The notes under the pieces: model-generated | The model's database searches: none | Told to the model about the DNA's origin: nothing | Seen by the model: only the letters and a program-made list of their open reading frames with translations | Shown: piece by piece, positions 1 to 10,859 of the stretch | Layout of the letters: every line of letters begins with the position of its first letter | Position numbering within the stretch: position 1 is the stretch's first letter | Assembly: GCA_052089225.1 (NCBI GenBank) | Contig: JBQCZP010000001.1 | Span: 125,478-189,477 of the forward strand | Direction: 5' to 3' | Origin: Nesterenkonia sp. | GTDB lineage: Bacteria > Actinomycetota > Actinomycetes > Actinomycetales > Micrococcaceae | Length of the DNA: 64,000 nt | Made by a program: the position numbers and the translations under genes

Positions 1-1323
1 GTTCTCCAGGGCATTCTTGCGCCGCTGAGTCTCCTTGTGCTGGCGCGCGGCGATGCGCGCCTTCATCTCGGAGACGACCTTCTCCAGCACGGTGGTGGCT
101 TCCTGCTTCTCTGCCCGCTTGGTGGAGTTCAACCTGCTCTCCACCTGGTCGGAGACGACTTTGGTGACGATCTGGCGGGCTGCAGGGGTGCCGAGGACCT
201 CCTTGGTCTGGCCCTCGAACTGGGGCTCGGCGATACGCACGGTGACCACTGCGGTCAGGCCGGCGAGCACATCGTCCTTGTCCAGTTTGTCTTTGCCTGC
301 TCTGAGCCGGCGCGCGTTGGCGTCCACCACTTTTCGAAAGACCTTGAGCATGGCCTGTTCGAATCCGGACATGTGCGTGCCGCCCTTGGGGGTGGCAATG
401 ATGTTGACGAACGATTTCACCGTCGTGTCGTAGCCGGTGCCCCAGCGCATGGCGATATCGACTTCGCAGTCGCGTTCGATGTCCTGCATTCGGCCGTCGA
501 CGGGGATGCGCTCGGTGAACTTTCCGTGACCCTGGACCCTCCAGACTCCGGTCACCGCTGGGTCGGGGCTGAGGTGATCGACGAACTCGCTGATGCCGCC
601 GTCGTACTGGAAGATCTGGTCGCTGGGCTCGGCCCCGCGCTCATCACGGATGCTCAGACGCAGGCCCGGGACCAGGAACGCGGTCTGTCGGGCACGGTCC
701 ACCAGCTCGTCTTCGAGGAAGTGTGCATCAGGGGTGAAGATCTCTCGGTCTGCCCAGTAGCGGATGGTGGTTCCGGTGACCCCGCGCTTGGCCTTTCCAG
801 ACACCTGAAGCGGTGAGCCGGCTTCGGCAGCGGTGAAGGAGTCGCTGGGCTTGGTCCCGGCGAAGGTGCCCGGCTCGCCGCGGCGGAAGGAGAGCTGGTG
901 GACTTTGCCGCCGCGGGTGATGGTGGCATCAAGTCGCCCCGAGAGGGCGTTGACCACCGAGGCGCCGACTCCGTGCAGCCCGCCGACTGCGTTGTAGGAG
1001 CCGCCGCCGAACTTGCCGCCGGCGTGGAGTTTGGTGAAGACGACCTCCAGTCCGGAGAGCCCGGTGCGAGGTTCGACGTCGACCGGAATGCCGCGCCCGT
1101 CATCTGTGACCTCGACGGAGTCATCCTTGTGCAGGGTGATGGAGATCGAGGATGCGTAGCCCGCCAGCGCCTCGTCGACGGAGTTGTCGATGATCTCCCA
1201 CAGACAGTGCATCAGCCCCCGGGAGTCGGTGGAGCCGATATACATGCCGGGGCGCTTGCGCACCGCCTCCAGCCCTTCTAGGACCGAAAGGTGGCGGGCG
1301 CTGTACTCATCGCGCTGGGCCAA
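1..1323 (-). CDS. parE: Type IIA topoisomerase subunit B (topoisomerase IV ParE-type, GyrB-like); 3' end runs off the window
   Basis: Manual translation from TTG at 1323 (AGGAGG upstream): MAQRDEYSARHLSVLEGLEAVRKRPGMYIGSTDSRGLMHCLWEIIDNSVDEALAG, the GHKL ATPase N-terminus; GGLHGVGASVV also present. Absent from the ORF track because there is no stop in the window. parE rather than gyrB is inferred from its position near sigA/hrdB, as in Streptomyces. Confidence 0.88.
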   Translation of the reverse strand, partial: MAQRDEYSARHLSVLEGLEAVRKRPGMYIGSTDSRGLMHCLWEIIDNSVDEALAGYASSISITLHKDDSVEVTDDGRGIPVDVEPRTGLSGLEVVFTKLHAGGKFGGGSYNAVGGLHGVGASVVNALSGRLDATITRGGKVHQLSFRRGEPGTFAGTKPSDSFTAAEAGSPLQVSGKAKRGVTGTTIRYWADREIFTPDAHFLEDELVDRARQTAFLVPGLRLSIRDERGAEPSDQIFQYDGGISEFVDHLSPDPAVTGVWRVQGHGKFTERIPVDGRMQDIERDCEVDIAMRWGTGYDTTVKSFVNIIATPKGGTHMSGFEQAMLKVFRKVVDANARRLRAGKDKLDKDDVLAGLTAVVTVRIAEPQFEGQTKEVLGTPAARQIVTKVVSDQVESRLNSTKRAEKQEATTVLEKVVSEMKARIAARQHKETQRRKNALEN

Positions 1324-1527
1324 CAGGAGCCTCCTGTGGGTTGGTTGGGCAGGTTTGTCCTCAGCCTACGACGCCGATGAGGTGCCAGCGCGCAGAAGCG
1401 CCGGTGATGCCGGTGCGGCTTCGCCGGTGGCGAAAGGCGCGCCGATCGCTGCGATTTCGCGAATGGTCTGAGACGTTGCGTGGTTGTATGGGGGGTACAT
1501 CAAGTTTGACGCTAGGAGGCGAAGAGG

Positions 1528-1734
1528 ATGACCGGGACCACTGGCACTCTGGAAGAACGGACCACCCTGACAGCCTTGGACCGCTGTGATCGTTGCGGCG
1601 CGCAGGCCTACATCCGTGCTGAGCTCGCTTCCGGCGGTGCGCTGCTGTTCTGCAACCACCATGGGCGTGAGGTTGAGTCCACACTGCGTCCTAAGACGGC
1701 GGCGTGGACCGACGAGTCTGCTCGCATCTCCTAG
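1528..1734 (+). CDS. Small conserved actinobacterial Cys/His protein (DUF7455-like)
   Basis: 68 aa with LTALDRCDRCGAQAY...LLFCNHH; purine-rich RBS; usual position between parE and sigA. Confidence 0.8.
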   Translation: MTGTTGTLEERTTLTALDRCDRCGAQAYIRAELASGGALLFCNHHGREVESTLRPKTAAWTDESARIS

Positions 1735-1752
1735 GAGACGCTCGCCAGACAC

Positions 1753-1790
1753 CAAAGATGCCCCGGAGGATCACCTCCGGGGCATCTTTG
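1753..1790. terminator. Bidirectional intrinsic terminator between convergent genes
   Basis: Perfect 17-bp stem CAAAGATGCCCCGGAGG / CCTCCGGGGCATCTTTG with 4-nt loop. Confidence 0.85.
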
Positions 1791-1835
1791 TCTCGGGAAC
1801 CGAATCCCGCTAGTCCTTGAAGAAGACCGTATGTC

Positions 1836-3194
1836 TCAGTCCAGGTAGTCGCGCAGCACCTGAGAGCGGCTCGGGTGGCGCAGCTTGGACATGGTCTTGG
1901 ACTCTATCTGCCTTATACGCTCACGGGTCACCCCATAAACTTTTCCGATCTCATCAAGAGTCTTGGGCTGACCGTCTGTGAGGCCGAAGCGCATGGCGAC
2001 GACGCCGGCCTCCCGCTCAGCCAGAGTGTCCAGAACCGAGTGCAGCTGCTCCTGCAGCAGGGTGAAGCTCACCGCATCGGACGGGACAACAGCCTCGGAG
2101 TCTTCGATGAGGTCACCGAACTCTGAGTCGCCGTCCTCCCCCAGTGGGGTGTGCAGCGAGATGGGTTCGCGACCGTACTTCTGGACCTCGACGACTTTCT
2201 CCGGGGTCATATCCAACTCTGCGGCCAGTTCCTCCGGGGCGGGTTCACGTCCCAGATCCTGCAGCATCTGTCGCTGGACACGGGCGAGCTTGTTGATGAC
2301 TTCGACCATGTGCACCGGGATGCGGATCGTGCGTGCTTGGTCTGCCATGGCTCGGGTGATGGCCTGCCGGATCCACCAGGTGGCATATGTGGAGAATTTG
2401 AATCCCTTGGTGTAGTCGAACTTCTCCACTGCACGGATCAGGCCCAGGTTGCCTTCCTGGATGAGGTCCAGGAACAGCATTCCGCGCCCGGTGTAGCGCT
2501 TGGCCAGCGACACCACCAAACGGAGATTCGCCTCCAGCAGGTGATTCTTCGCGCGCCTGCCGTCGGCGACAACAAGCTCAAGGTCGCGCTTGAGCCGCTT
2601 CTCCTTACGAGCCTCGTTAGCCAACTTGTGGTCCGCGTAGAGGCCAGCCTCGATGCGCAGGGCAAGATCAACCTCCTGCTCGGCGTTGAGCAGCGCCACC
2701 TTGCCGATCTGTTTGAGGTAGTCCTTCACGGGATCGGCGGTGGCGCCGGCAGAGACGACCTGAACCGCAGGTGCGTCATCGTCATCGGCGTTGGAGATGA
2801 CGAAGCCGCGACCAGCTCCGGACTCGTCGTCCTCCAGGGCGCCCGACTTGGCCGTCACCAGATCGGCAGCGTCTTCGCCCTCGTCCTCGGCCTTGGCCAC
2901 GGCGTTCTCCAGAGCCTCAGTGGGTGAGGCCTCGTCGACCTCGGCCAGAATCTCATCCACTGCGTCGGGGGCCTTCTTGCGACCACCTGTCTTCTTCGGT
3001 GCCGCGGAGGTCGAGGCTTCAGGCTCGGCCGGCTCTGCCGTCTCGGGCGCCTTGGTCTGGGAACTCTTGGCAGTGGACTTCTTCTTAGCCGTTGATCCGG
3101 AGCTCTTGGTGGTCTTGGCGCGTGTGGATGTAGGCTGCTTCTCCTCCGCTTCGGCGGCAGTCTCTTCTGTGGACTTCGACGCAGTAGTGGGCAC
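1836..3194 (-). CDS. sigA: Principal RNA polymerase sigma factor (SigA/HrdB type)
   Basis: [12 protein letters not shown] (region 1.2), [12 protein letters not shown] and [19 protein letters not shown] (region 2), TRERIRQIE (region 4.2); long K/E/A-rich N-terminus. Confidence 0.97.
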   Translation of the reverse strand: MPTTASKSTEETAAEAEEKQPTSTRAKTTKSSGSTAKKKSTAKSSQTKAPETAEPAEPEASTSAAPKKTGGRKKAPDAVDEILAEVDEASPTEALENAVAKAEDEGEDAADLVTAKSGALEDDESGAGRGFVISNADDDDAPAVQVVSAGATADPVKDYLKQIGKVALLNAEQEVDLALRIEAGLYADHKLANEARKEKRLKRDLELVVADGRRAKNHLLEANLRLVVSLAKRYTGRGMLFLDLIQEGNLGLIRAVEKFDYTKGFKFSTYATWWIRQAITRAMADQARTIRIPVHMVEVINKLARVQRQMLQDLGREPAPEELAAELDMTPEKVVEVQKYGREPISLHTPLGEDGDSEFGDLIEDSEAVVPSDAVSFTLLQEQLHSVLDTLAEREAGVVAMRFGLTDGQPKTLDEIGKVYGVTRERIRQIESKTMSKLRHPSRSQVLRDYLD

Positions 3195-3342
3195 GGTGAC
3201 CTTCCGATTCGATACTTAGATGCTGCGCGCCGACCAAAGGGCCGCTTCGGTGTGCGTCCCGGTGGCTAACGCGCCTATGACCCTGTCAAGTCCGCTGGGG
3301 AGAACGTACTCCGACCAGGGCTGCAGGGTCCTATTGGGGATG

Positions 3343-3371
3343 CTAACACCATATGCGGCCGAGTCATTCCC
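3343..3371 (-). promoter_or_regulatory. SigH/SigR-type ECF promoter upstream of sigA
   Basis: Minus strand GGGAAT-N18-GTTAG, matching the GGAAY-N18-GTT consensus. Confidence 0.7.
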
Positions 3372-3425
3372 GCCCGGCCGAGAAATCCAGAAGGACACGG
3401 GTGAATCTGTGACCAGAGGCGGGGC

Positions 3426-4667
3426 CTACATCGGCTGCCTGCTCTGCCACCATCCGTGGCTGAACTGTTTCACCCGGGCCCAGTGGCAGGGACCGCTGAC
3501 GTCGAAGAGTTCGGCAAAGAGGCATCCCAGCTGATGGTCAGGCTCATCCTCCAGGCAGCGGGTGATGGCCAGGGCGGCGTTGCTGCCGCAGCCCTTGGCC
3601 CATTCGATCCAGCCCTTCAGCGCCAAGAGGTTCCGCCGTTGGGCCCCCGTGTACGGGGCCAGCAGATGCAGCAGGGAGTCCAGGGCCTCCACACGTGCCC
3701 ATGCCGGGGCACAGTCGGTCTTCCCGGTCAAGGCTGTGAGGTACTGCTCATGGGGCTTGTGGAGCACCGACGACGTCGGGCTCGACTTCCACGAGTCGGT
3801 GTCCGGTGAGTCAGGCTGCTCAATGCGGGCGGCATCGGTACCGGCTGCCGCCAGCGGAGCGAGGGACTGGACGAGCAGCGAGTCTTCGGCGCTGTTCAGC
3901 AGCTGCGCGGTGTGGCCCGGGCGCTGCACCGATTCGCAGTGGCCGGTGGCGGTGATCTCTGCGATGGACTCCTCCCAGAGGTTCAGTGCCGCGTTGATGC
4001 CCTGATGGGGTTGGTGGCTGTCAGGGGCAGAGTTGCGGAGGTCGGCCACTTCATCCGGGCTCGGCGCCGAGGGCGACAGGGGCACCCCCAGGAACGTCTC
4101 GATGGCCTGTTTGGGCGCTGTGGGGCGCACCAGGGTCTCCAACTGTGGTGAGCGGGCCAGCGCGGCGGCGAGCTCGTCCTCGACGGTGAGTCCCGGGTAG
4201 GGACAGCACCGGGGATCGGTGCAGTCGAAGTCCCGGACGAATCCCGCTCCGGCGTACCATGTCTTGATCAGCGGACATTGGTACTGACGTTGAAGAATCT
4301 CCGAGAGCTCATTCATCACGGCCCTGCCCTGACGCTGCTCAGCCTGTGGGGCGGTGTCGGTGAACACTGCCGCCAGCACTGCCTCGGGTGCCGGGTCAGC
4401 CTCCGGGCCGGCCAGCCAGTCAGCGGCCTTCTGCGCACTGCGGCGCGGCTGCTGCAGTGCGGGGGCAAGGTCCATGCGCAGATGTCCACCGGTGGTGCCG
4501 CGGTGTACTCCGATCAGCACCAGGGAGCTGCTGGGCAGTTCTCCGAAGCTGTGGCGCACCAGGGCCAGCGCGTCACCGGCCCGGTCCAGGAGCAGCGGTG
4601 CGCTGTTTGCCCGGGCGGTCTGGTGAAAGGGGTCGGGGTCTGGGTTTCGGCTCTGCTGAATCGTCAT
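3426..4667 (-). CDS. DUF4192-family protein
   Basis: N-terminal 'ALALVRHSFGELPSSSLVLIG' and C-terminal 'LKGWIEWAKGCGSNA...DHQLGCL' pattern; typical position upstream of sigA; start re-called to ATG 4667. Confidence 0.7.
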   Translation of the reverse strand: MTIQQSRNPDPDPFHQTARANSAPLLLDRAGDALALVRHSFGELPSSSLVLIGVHRGTTGGHLRMDLAPALQQPRRSAQKAADWLAGPEADPAPEAVLAAVFTDTAPQAEQRQGRAVMNELSEILQRQYQCPLIKTWYAGAGFVRDFDCTDPRCCPYPGLTVEDELAAALARSPQLETLVRPTAPKQAIETFLGVPLSPSAPSPDEVADLRNSAPDSHQPHQGINAALNLWEESIAEITATGHCESVQRPGHTAQLLNSAEDSLLVQSLAPLAAAGTDAARIEQPDSPDTDSWKSSPTSSVLHKPHEQYLTALTGKTDCAPAWARVEALDSLLHLLAPYTGAQRRNLLALKGWIEWAKGCGSNAALAITRCLEDEPDHQLGCLFAELFDVSGPCHWARVKQFSHGWWQSRQPM

Positions 4668-4791
4668 GACTCCAGCCTCACCGGCCCCGGGGGTCAGCAG
4701 CAGAGCGGCTGCCTGTCCTGGTGAGTGTTCGGCGAGTCTCACCCGGGCAGCACCTGGGTGGGGAAAAGTCGCCGGGAGGGACGAGATCGGG

Positions 4792-5889
4792 TCAGCTGCC
4801 TGCGGAGTCCTCGTCGTCGGGGTCCTCGGTGTTCAGCTGGTCATCCGGCTGCGACCGGTTCTCGGCCTGGTCGTCGTCGGAGTGCTGGGCTGACTGCGTC
4901 CCGCCGAAGATGATGTCGTCGGGGCGGCTGCGCAGGTATTCCTCCACGGCAGCGCCCAGCTCCTCGGCGTCCGGGACATCGTTCTCATCTGTCAGCAGCA
5001 GAGAGCGCTTAGCAGGAGTTGCGTACTGGTCGAAGTTGGTCTCCAGCCGCTCGACCAGCTGGGTGATCTCCGGGCTGCGCTGCACCTGTTGGGAGATGTC
5101 GACGTCGACGGTGCGGGCGGCCTCACGCAGTTCGTCGGTGGGCAGCATCAGCTCGCAGGCCGCACCGGCGTATTCCAGGGCAGCCACAGCAACCTGCGGA
5201 TACTTGCCGCCGGCCAGGTAGTGCGGCACATGCATCGTGTAGCCGACCACGTCATGGCCAGCGGCATCGGCGCGCATCTCCAGCATTTGGCTCATCCCGG
5301 CCTCAACCTGTGCATCGGGCGACCAGGTGGAGATGCCCTCGATGAGATCCTTGCGGTTGCCGTGGGCCGTCACGCCCAGAGGCCGGGTGTGCGGAGTGGG
5401 CAGCCCCAGCGAGTCGACCAGCACCATGAGGGATACGTCCAGACGGTCCACGAGCTCCAGGATCGTCTCGGAGACCCGCTCCCACTGAAAATCCGGTTCA
5501 TCGCCGCTCAGCAGCAGAAACGGGCGGTCCATAGCATCGCGAACCTCATAGAGGTTCAGCTGAAGGCCCTGGTAGTCGGTGAAGCGGCTGTCGGTGAACG
5601 TGATGTGTGGACGGCGGGAGCGAAAATCATAGAGCGCGTCGACGTCGAAGCTGGCCAGCTGCTTGTGCGGCAGTGTCTCCAGCAGGGACTCGGCCAGCTG
5701 TTCGCTGAGCGTGCCGGCATCGGTATGACCGGCCAAGGACACCACCAGCGGCATCCTGGCAGCCGGTGCAGTGCTTCGGCTGCCTCCCTGGGAATGCAGC
5801 ACCAGCTCGGTGCTGATCGTGGCGGGGCCCTCCGGGGTCTCCTGCGCAGCCTCGGCATGCACGTGGAGAAGGTCGAATGGATCTCTCAT
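4792..5889 (-). CDS. PAC2-family (proteasome assembly chaperone-like) protein
   Basis: GHTDAG, DALYDFRSRRP, GDEPDFQW and HVPHYL motifs; RBS GAAGGGAG. Confidence 0.85.
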   Translation of the reverse strand: MRDPFDLLHVHAEAAQETPEGPATISTELVLHSQGGSRSTAPAARMPLVVSLAGHTDAGTLSEQLAESLLETLPHKQLASFDVDALYDFRSRRPHITFTDSRFTDYQGLQLNLYEVRDAMDRPFLLLSGDEPDFQWERVSETILELVDRLDVSLMVLVDSLGLPTPHTRPLGVTAHGNRKDLIEGISTWSPDAQVEAGMSQMLEMRADAAGHDVVGYTMHVPHYLAGGKYPQVAVAALEYAGAACELMLPTDELREAARTVDVDISQQVQRSPEITQLVERLETNFDQYATPAKRSLLLTDENDVPDAEELGAAVEEYLRSRPDDIIFGGTQSAQHSDDDQAENRSQPDDQLNTEDPDDEDSAGS

Positions 5890-5939
5890 CAGCTTGCTCT
5901 CCCTTCAACGGTGGCGTGGGCCGCTGACATCTGTAGTGA

Positions 5940-5967
5940 CAACAGTCTGCCTGATCCACACATTCCC
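5940..5967 (-). promoter_or_regulatory. SigH/SigR-type promoter upstream of the PAC2 gene
   Basis: Minus strand GGGAAT-N18-GTTG. Confidence 0.65.
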
Positions 5968-5994
5968 GGCGCGGATATGGATAGGATCAGAAGT

Positions 5995-7545
5995 GTGATC
6001 AATGAATTCTCTCCAACAGTGACCGCCGTATCATCCGCAGTCGAGAAGGTCGACGCCGACGCCCTGGTGCTCGGCGTGGCCAAGGGCCCCGAGGGCCCGG
6101 TGCTCCTGCCGAACCCGCTGGCTGACAAGGCCGCCCGCGGAGTGGGTGATTCGTTGACTGCCCTCGGTGCCACCGGTGCCGCCGATCAGCTGCTGCGGCT
6201 TCCGGGGGTCGACGGATTCAGAACCGAGACTCTGGTGCTCATCGGCGTGGGCCCGCTCACCGGCGAGCCCGACGGCGGGGTCTCAGCGGAGTCGCTGCGC
6301 CGTGCGGCCGGCTCTGCAGTCCGGCAGCTCTCCTCGGCGTCGTCGGTGGCGCTTGCCCTGCCCAGCGGGACGGTCGAGCAGGTCTCCTCGGTTGCTGAGG
6401 GCGCGGCCATGGGCGCCTACAACTTCCTGCACTTCAAGGGCAGCGAGGAGGCGAAGCGGAAGACTCCGATCTCTGAGATCGCGGTGCTGACCCCGCTGAA
6501 GGACAAGCACACCAAAGCTGCGGTCGCCCGCGCCTCGATCGTCGGTTCGGCGGTGCGGGCCACCCGCGACCTGGTCAACACTCCCCCGAGCCACCTGTAC
6601 CCGGAGTCCTTCGCGGACATCGTGAAGGCCGAAGCCAAGGGCACCAAGCTGAAGGTCAAAGTGTGGGACGAGAACCAGCTGCAGAAGGAGAAGTTCGGCG
6701 GACTGGTCGGAGTCGGCGTCGGCTCCTCCCGCAAGCCGCGTCTGGTGCGCATGGAGCACTCCCCCGCCAAGCCGGTGGCCCACATCGCGCTGGTCGGCAA
6801 GGGCATCACCTTCGACTCCGGGGGTCTGTCGCTGAAGCCTGCCAACGCCATGACCACCATGAAGCTGGATATGGCCGGTGCCGCCACGGTCGCCGCAGTG
6901 GTGAAGGCAGCGGCCGAGATGGACCTGCCGGTGAAGGTCACCGGGTGGCTCTGCCTGGCGGAGAACATGCCCTCCGACACCGCCCAGCGGCCCGAGGACG
7001 TCATCACCATCTACGGCGGTAAGACCGTCGAAGTTCTCAACACCGATGCTGAGGGCCGGCTGGTGCTCGCCGACGGCATCGTAGCCGCCGGTGAGGAGAG
7101 CCCGGACGCGATCATCGACGTCGCCACTCTCACCGGTGCACAGATGGTCGCTCTGGGGGCGCGCACTGTGGGCGTGATGGGCAGCGAGGAGCTGCGCAGC
7201 ACGCTGGTGGACGCCTCGGACGATGCCGGCGAGTCGCACTGGGGGATGCCGATTCCGGAAGAGGCCCTCAGCGGCTTCGAGTCCCAGGTGGCCGACCTGA
7301 CGAACACCGGCGACCGGTTCGGCGGCATGCTCAATGCGGCAGCGTTCCTGCGCGAGTTCGTCGCCGACGCCCCCGGCGCCGACCCGAAGGCGCTGGACAA
7401 AGAGGCCTCCCGCATCCCGTGGGCACATATTGATATTGCCGGACCAGCCTTCAACGAGAAGGGCCCCTACGGCTACACACCCAAGGGCGGCACCGGCGTC
7501 ACCGTGCGTACGCTGATGACCTACCTGGAGGGTCTGGGCCGCTGA
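5995..7545 (+). CDS. pepA: Leucyl aminopeptidase (M17)
   Basis: KGITFDSGG, MKLDMAGA and NTDAEGRL motifs; start re-called to GTG 5995, 7 nt after a TAGGAT -10. Confidence 0.95.
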   Translation: MINEFSPTVTAVSSAVEKVDADALVLGVAKGPEGPVLLPNPLADKAARGVGDSLTALGATGAADQLLRLPGVDGFRTETLVLIGVGPLTGEPDGGVSAESLRRAAGSAVRQLSSASSVALALPSGTVEQVSSVAEGAAMGAYNFLHFKGSEEAKRKTPISEIAVLTPLKDKHTKAAVARASIVGSAVRATRDLVNTPPSHLYPESFADIVKAEAKGTKLKVKVWDENQLQKEKFGGLVGVGVGSSRKPRLVRMEHSPAKPVAHIALVGKGITFDSGGLSLKPANAMTTMKLDMAGAATVAAVVKAAAEMDLPVKVTGWLCLAENMPSDTAQRPEDVITIYGGKTVEVLNTDAEGRLVLADGIVAAGEESPDAIIDVATLTGAQMVALGARTVGVMGSEELRSTLVDASDDAGESHWGMPIPEEALSGFESQVADLTNTGDRFGGMLNAAAFLREFVADAPGADPKALDKEASRIPWAHIDIAGPAFNEKGPYGYTPKGGTGVTVRTLMTYLEGLGR

Positions 7546-7600
7546 TAGTCTGAGGCCGAGCACACGATTGACAACCTCACACCCCAAAGGAGCCTCACAC

Positions 7601-8965
7601 GTGGCCGAAGAATTCGACGTACTGGTCCTCGGAGGCGGCAGCGCAGGCTACGCCGCAGCGCTGCGCAGCGTCCAGCACGGTTTCAGCGTCGCCCTGGTGG
7701 AGAAGTCCAAACTGGGCGGCACCTGTCTGCACACCGGCTGTATCCCCACCAAGGCATACCTGCACGCCGCCGAGCTTGCCGATGATGCTCGCTCCTCCGA
7801 GAAGTATGGCGTCAAGACCACCTTCGAGGGCATCGACATGGCCAAGGTGCGTGAGTACAAGGACGACATCGTCGCCGGTAAGCACAAGGGCCTCACCGGA
7901 CTGCTGAAGATGCGCAAGGTCCAAGTCATCGAAGGCGAGGGAAAGCTCGTCTCGGACAACGAGGTCGACGTCGACGGCACCAAGTACCGGGCGAAGAACA
8001 TCGTGCTGGCCACCGGCTCGACGGCCAAGACCTTCGGCCTGCCGATCAGCGAGCGGATCATGACCTCCACTGAGGCGCTGGAGCTGGACTACACGCCCAA
8101 GTCAGCCATCGTGCTCGGCGGCGGCGTCATCGGCAGCGAGTTCGCCTCCGCCTGGACCAGCTACGGCACCGAGGTGACCATCATTGAGGGGCTGCCTTCC
8201 CTGGTGCCCAATGAGGACCCCTCGATCATCAAGCAGCTGGAGCGCAGCTTCAAGAAGCGCGGCATCACCGCCAACACCGGCACCTTCTTCAAAGACGTGG
8301 AAGAGACCTCCGACGGCGTCCGAGTCACCCTTGAGGACGGCAAAACCTTTGAGGCCGAGATCTGTCTGGTGGCCGTGGGCCGCGGACCGGTCACCGAGGG
8401 GCTCGGCTTTGAGGATCAGGGCGTCACCCTGGACCGTGGGTTCGTGATCACCGATGAGCGGCTGCACACCGGCGTCGGCAACGTCTACGCCATCGGCGAC
8501 ATTGTCCCCGGGCTGCAGCTGGCCCACCGCGGCTATCAGCAGGGCATCTTCGTAGCAGAGGAGATTGCGGGCAACAGCCCACTGGTGGTTGAGGACATCA
8601 ACATTCCCAAGGTCACCTTCTGTGAGCCGGAGATCATGTCGGTGGGCTACACCCAGCCCAATGCTGAGGAGAAGTTCGGCAAGGACAGCATCGAAATCAC
8701 CGAATACAACCTCGCCGGCAACGGCAAATCCTCAATCCTGGGCACCAGCGGCATCATCAAGATGGTGGGCGTGAAGGGCGGCCCCATCGTCGGCGTCCAC
8801 GGAATCGGCACACGAATCGGTGAGCAGATCGGTGAGGCTCAGCTCATCGTCAACTGGGAGGCCTATCCGGAGGACGTCGCCACGCTGGTCCACGCCCATC
8901 CCACACAGAACGAGGCCATGGGAGAAGCGGCTATGGCACTCTTCGGTCATCCCCTGCACGGCTAG
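7601..8965 (+). CDS. lpdA: Dihydrolipoamide dehydrogenase (E3)
   Basis: GGGSAG FAD motif, GGTCLHTGCIP redox disulfide, C-terminal HAHPT; GTG start after AAAGGAG. Confidence 0.97.
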   Translation: MAEEFDVLVLGGGSAGYAAALRSVQHGFSVALVEKSKLGGTCLHTGCIPTKAYLHAAELADDARSSEKYGVKTTFEGIDMAKVREYKDDIVAGKHKGLTGLLKMRKVQVIEGEGKLVSDNEVDVDGTKYRAKNIVLATGSTAKTFGLPISERIMTSTEALELDYTPKSAIVLGGGVIGSEFASAWTSYGTEVTIIEGLPSLVPNEDPSIIKQLERSFKKRGITANTGTFFKDVEETSDGVRVTLEDGKTFEAEICLVAVGRGPVTEGLGFEDQGVTLDRGFVITDERLHTGVGNVYAIGDIVPGLQLAHRGYQQGIFVAEEIAGNSPLVVEDINIPKVTFCEPEIMSVGYTQPNAEEKFGKDSIEITEYNLAGNGKSSILGTSGIIKMVGVKGGPIVGVHGIGTRIGEQIGEAQLIVNWEAYPEDVATLVHAHPTQNEAMGEAAMALFGHPLHG

Positions 8966-9020
8966 AGCGCAGCGCACCACCGACCAGGCATCTAAGAACC
9001 ACGAGTAGGAGTCGGACATC

Positions 9021-10859
9021 ATGTCTGAGACTGTCAATCTTCCCGAACTCGGTGAATCTGTCACCGAAGGCACTGTGACCCGCTGGCTCGTCGAGGTCGG
9101 CGAGGAGGTCGAGGTGGACCAGCCGCTGCTGGAGATCTCCACCGACAAGGTCGACACCGAGGTCCCCTCCACTGTTGCCGGCGTCGTTGAGGAGCACCTT
9201 GTCTCTGAGGACGAAGAGGTCGAAGTCGGCTCACCGTTGGTGAAGATCGGTGATGGCTCCGGCTCCGGCGGCGGATCTGACCAGGAGAGCGGTGAGGCCG
9301 AAGCAGAGAGTGAGGAGTCCTCCGCTGAGTCAGAGCCGTCCGAGTCCTCGCAGTCCACCGAGGAGGCGGCCGAAGAGGAGGCCCCGACCCCAGCTGCCGG
9401 TGAGTCCGGCGGCGGTGAGGCCACTGCTGAGGAGGACAGTCCGGCGGAGGAGACCTCCGGTGAGGCCGAGGAGGTGACCCTGCCTGCCCTGGGTGAGTCC
9501 GTCACTGAGGGCACCGTGACCCGGTGGCTCGTTGACGTCGGTGATGAGGTGGAGGTCGACCAGCCGCTGCTGGAAGTCTCCACCGACAAGGTCGACACCG
9601 AGGTCCCCTCCCCCGTGGCCGGCACGGTGCAGGAGCTGAAGGTCAGCGAGGACGAGGAGGTCGAAGTCGGTGCGGTGCTGGCACTGGTCGGCTCCGGTTC
9701 GGCAGGATCTGCTCCGAAGTCTGAGGAGCCCACCGAAGAGGCCGCCGAAGTCTCCCAGGAGAAGGAGGAGAAGCCCGCGCCTGAGCCTGCTGAGGAGCCG
9801 AAGGAGCAGCAGAAGCCGGCTCCGAAGGAGGAGCCGCAGAAGGACCAGAAGGCGCCGCCCAGGGAGGAGCCGAAGCAGGAGTCGCAGAAGACCTCCACTC
9901 CGGCCCCGGGCAGCGGCTCCTCCGACAGTACGGCTGAGGGGTACGTCACTCCTCTGGTGCGCCGACTGGCCAAGAAGGAAGACGTGGATCTCTCCCAGGT
10001 CAAGGGCACCGGAGTCGGCGGGCGCATCCGCAAGCAGGACGTGCTGGATGCTGTGGAAGCTAAGAAGAGTTCGGCTCCGGCCGGCGGCGGCGAAGCACCG
10101 ACGAAGTCGGCGCCACAAGTCCAGGTGGACACCACCAAGCGCGGAACCACGGAGAAGGCCCCGCGCATCCGCCAGGTCATCGCCCAGCGGATGAAGGAGT
10201 CCCTGGACGTCTCTGCGCAGCTGACTCAGGTCCAAGAGGTCGACATGACCCGTGTGGTCAACCTGCGGGCCAAGGCCAAGCAGAGCTTCCAGCAGGCCAA
10301 CGGAGTGAAGCTGACCTACCTGCCGTTCATCGCCACTGCCGTGACGGAGGGGCTGAAGCAGCACCCCAAGCTCAACGCGGAGTACAACCAGGACGAGCAG
10401 CAGATCACCTACCACGACGCTGAGCACCTGGCCATCGCAGTCGATACGGACAAGGGCCTGCTGGTACCGGTGATCAACGACGCCGGAGACCTGTCCATCG
10501 CGGGCCTGGCCAAGCGGATCTCCGATGTGGGTGAGCGCACCCGCGACGGCAAGATCGGCCCCAACGAACTCTCCGGAGGAACCTTCACCATCACCAACAT
10601 CGGATCGGTGGGGGCGCTGTTCGACACTCCGATCATCAATCAGCCGCAGGTGGGCATCCTGGGCACCGGCATCATCGAGAAGCGGCCCAAAGTGGTCGCC
10701 GACGCCGACGGCAATGACACCATCGGCATCCGCCACCTGATGTACCTCTCGCTGACCTACGATCACCGGATCGTCGACGGCGCAGACGCAGGCCGTTTCC
10801 TCCAGACCCTGAAGGCACGCTTGGAGGAGGGCAACTTTGAGGCCCAACTCGGCCTCTGA
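9021..10859 (+). CDS. sucB: 2-oxoacid dehydrogenase E2 (dihydrolipoamide acyltransferase, SucB/DlaT) with two lipoyl domains
   Basis: Two E(I/V)[11 protein letters not shown] lipoyl domains, E3-binding domain TPLVRRLA...GTGVGGRI, catalytic YDHRIVDGA. Confidence 0.95.
   Translation: MSETVNLPELGESVTEGTVTRWLVEVGEEVEVDQPLLEISTDKVDTEVPSTVAGVVEEHLVSEDEEVEVGSPLVKIGDGSGSGGGSDQESGEAEAESEESSAESEPSESSQSTEEAAEEEAPTPAAGESGGGEATAEEDSPAEETSGEAEEVTLPALGESVTEGTVTRWLVDVGDEVEVDQPLLEVSTDKVDTEVPSPVAGTVQELKVSEDEEVEVGAVLALVGSGSAGSAPKSEEPTEEAAEVSQEKEEKPAPEPAEEPKEQQKPAPKEEPQKDQKAPPREEPKQESQKTSTPAPGSGSSDSTAEGYVTPLVRRLAKKEDVDLSQVKGTGVGGRIRKQDVLDAVEAKKSSAPAGGGEAPTKSAPQVQVDTTKRGTTEKAPRIRQVIAQRMKESLDVSAQLTQVQEVDMTRVVNLRAKAKQSFQQANGVKLTYLPFIATAVTEGLKQHPKLNAEYNQDEQQITYHDAEHLAIAVDTDKGLLVPVINDAGDLSIAGLAKRISDVGERTRDGKIGPNELSGGTFTITNIGSVGALFDTPIINQPQVGILGTGIIEKRPKVVADADGNDTIGIRHLMYLSLTYDHRIVDGADAGRFLQTLKARLEEGNFEAQLGL

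Noticed and set aside
3284-3289. Perfect TTGACA in the sigA leader (minus strand)
   Set aside because: No TANNNT -10 at 16-19 nt spacing.
5089-5994. 818-aa ORF suggesting a large N-terminal extension on PepA
   Set aside because: The extension is the antisense shadow of the PAC2 gene; a -10 and GTG at 5995 define a normal-length PepA.
9021-9680. Near-identical ~200-nt direct repeat in sucB
   Set aside because: These are the two lipoyl domains, a normal E2 architecture.
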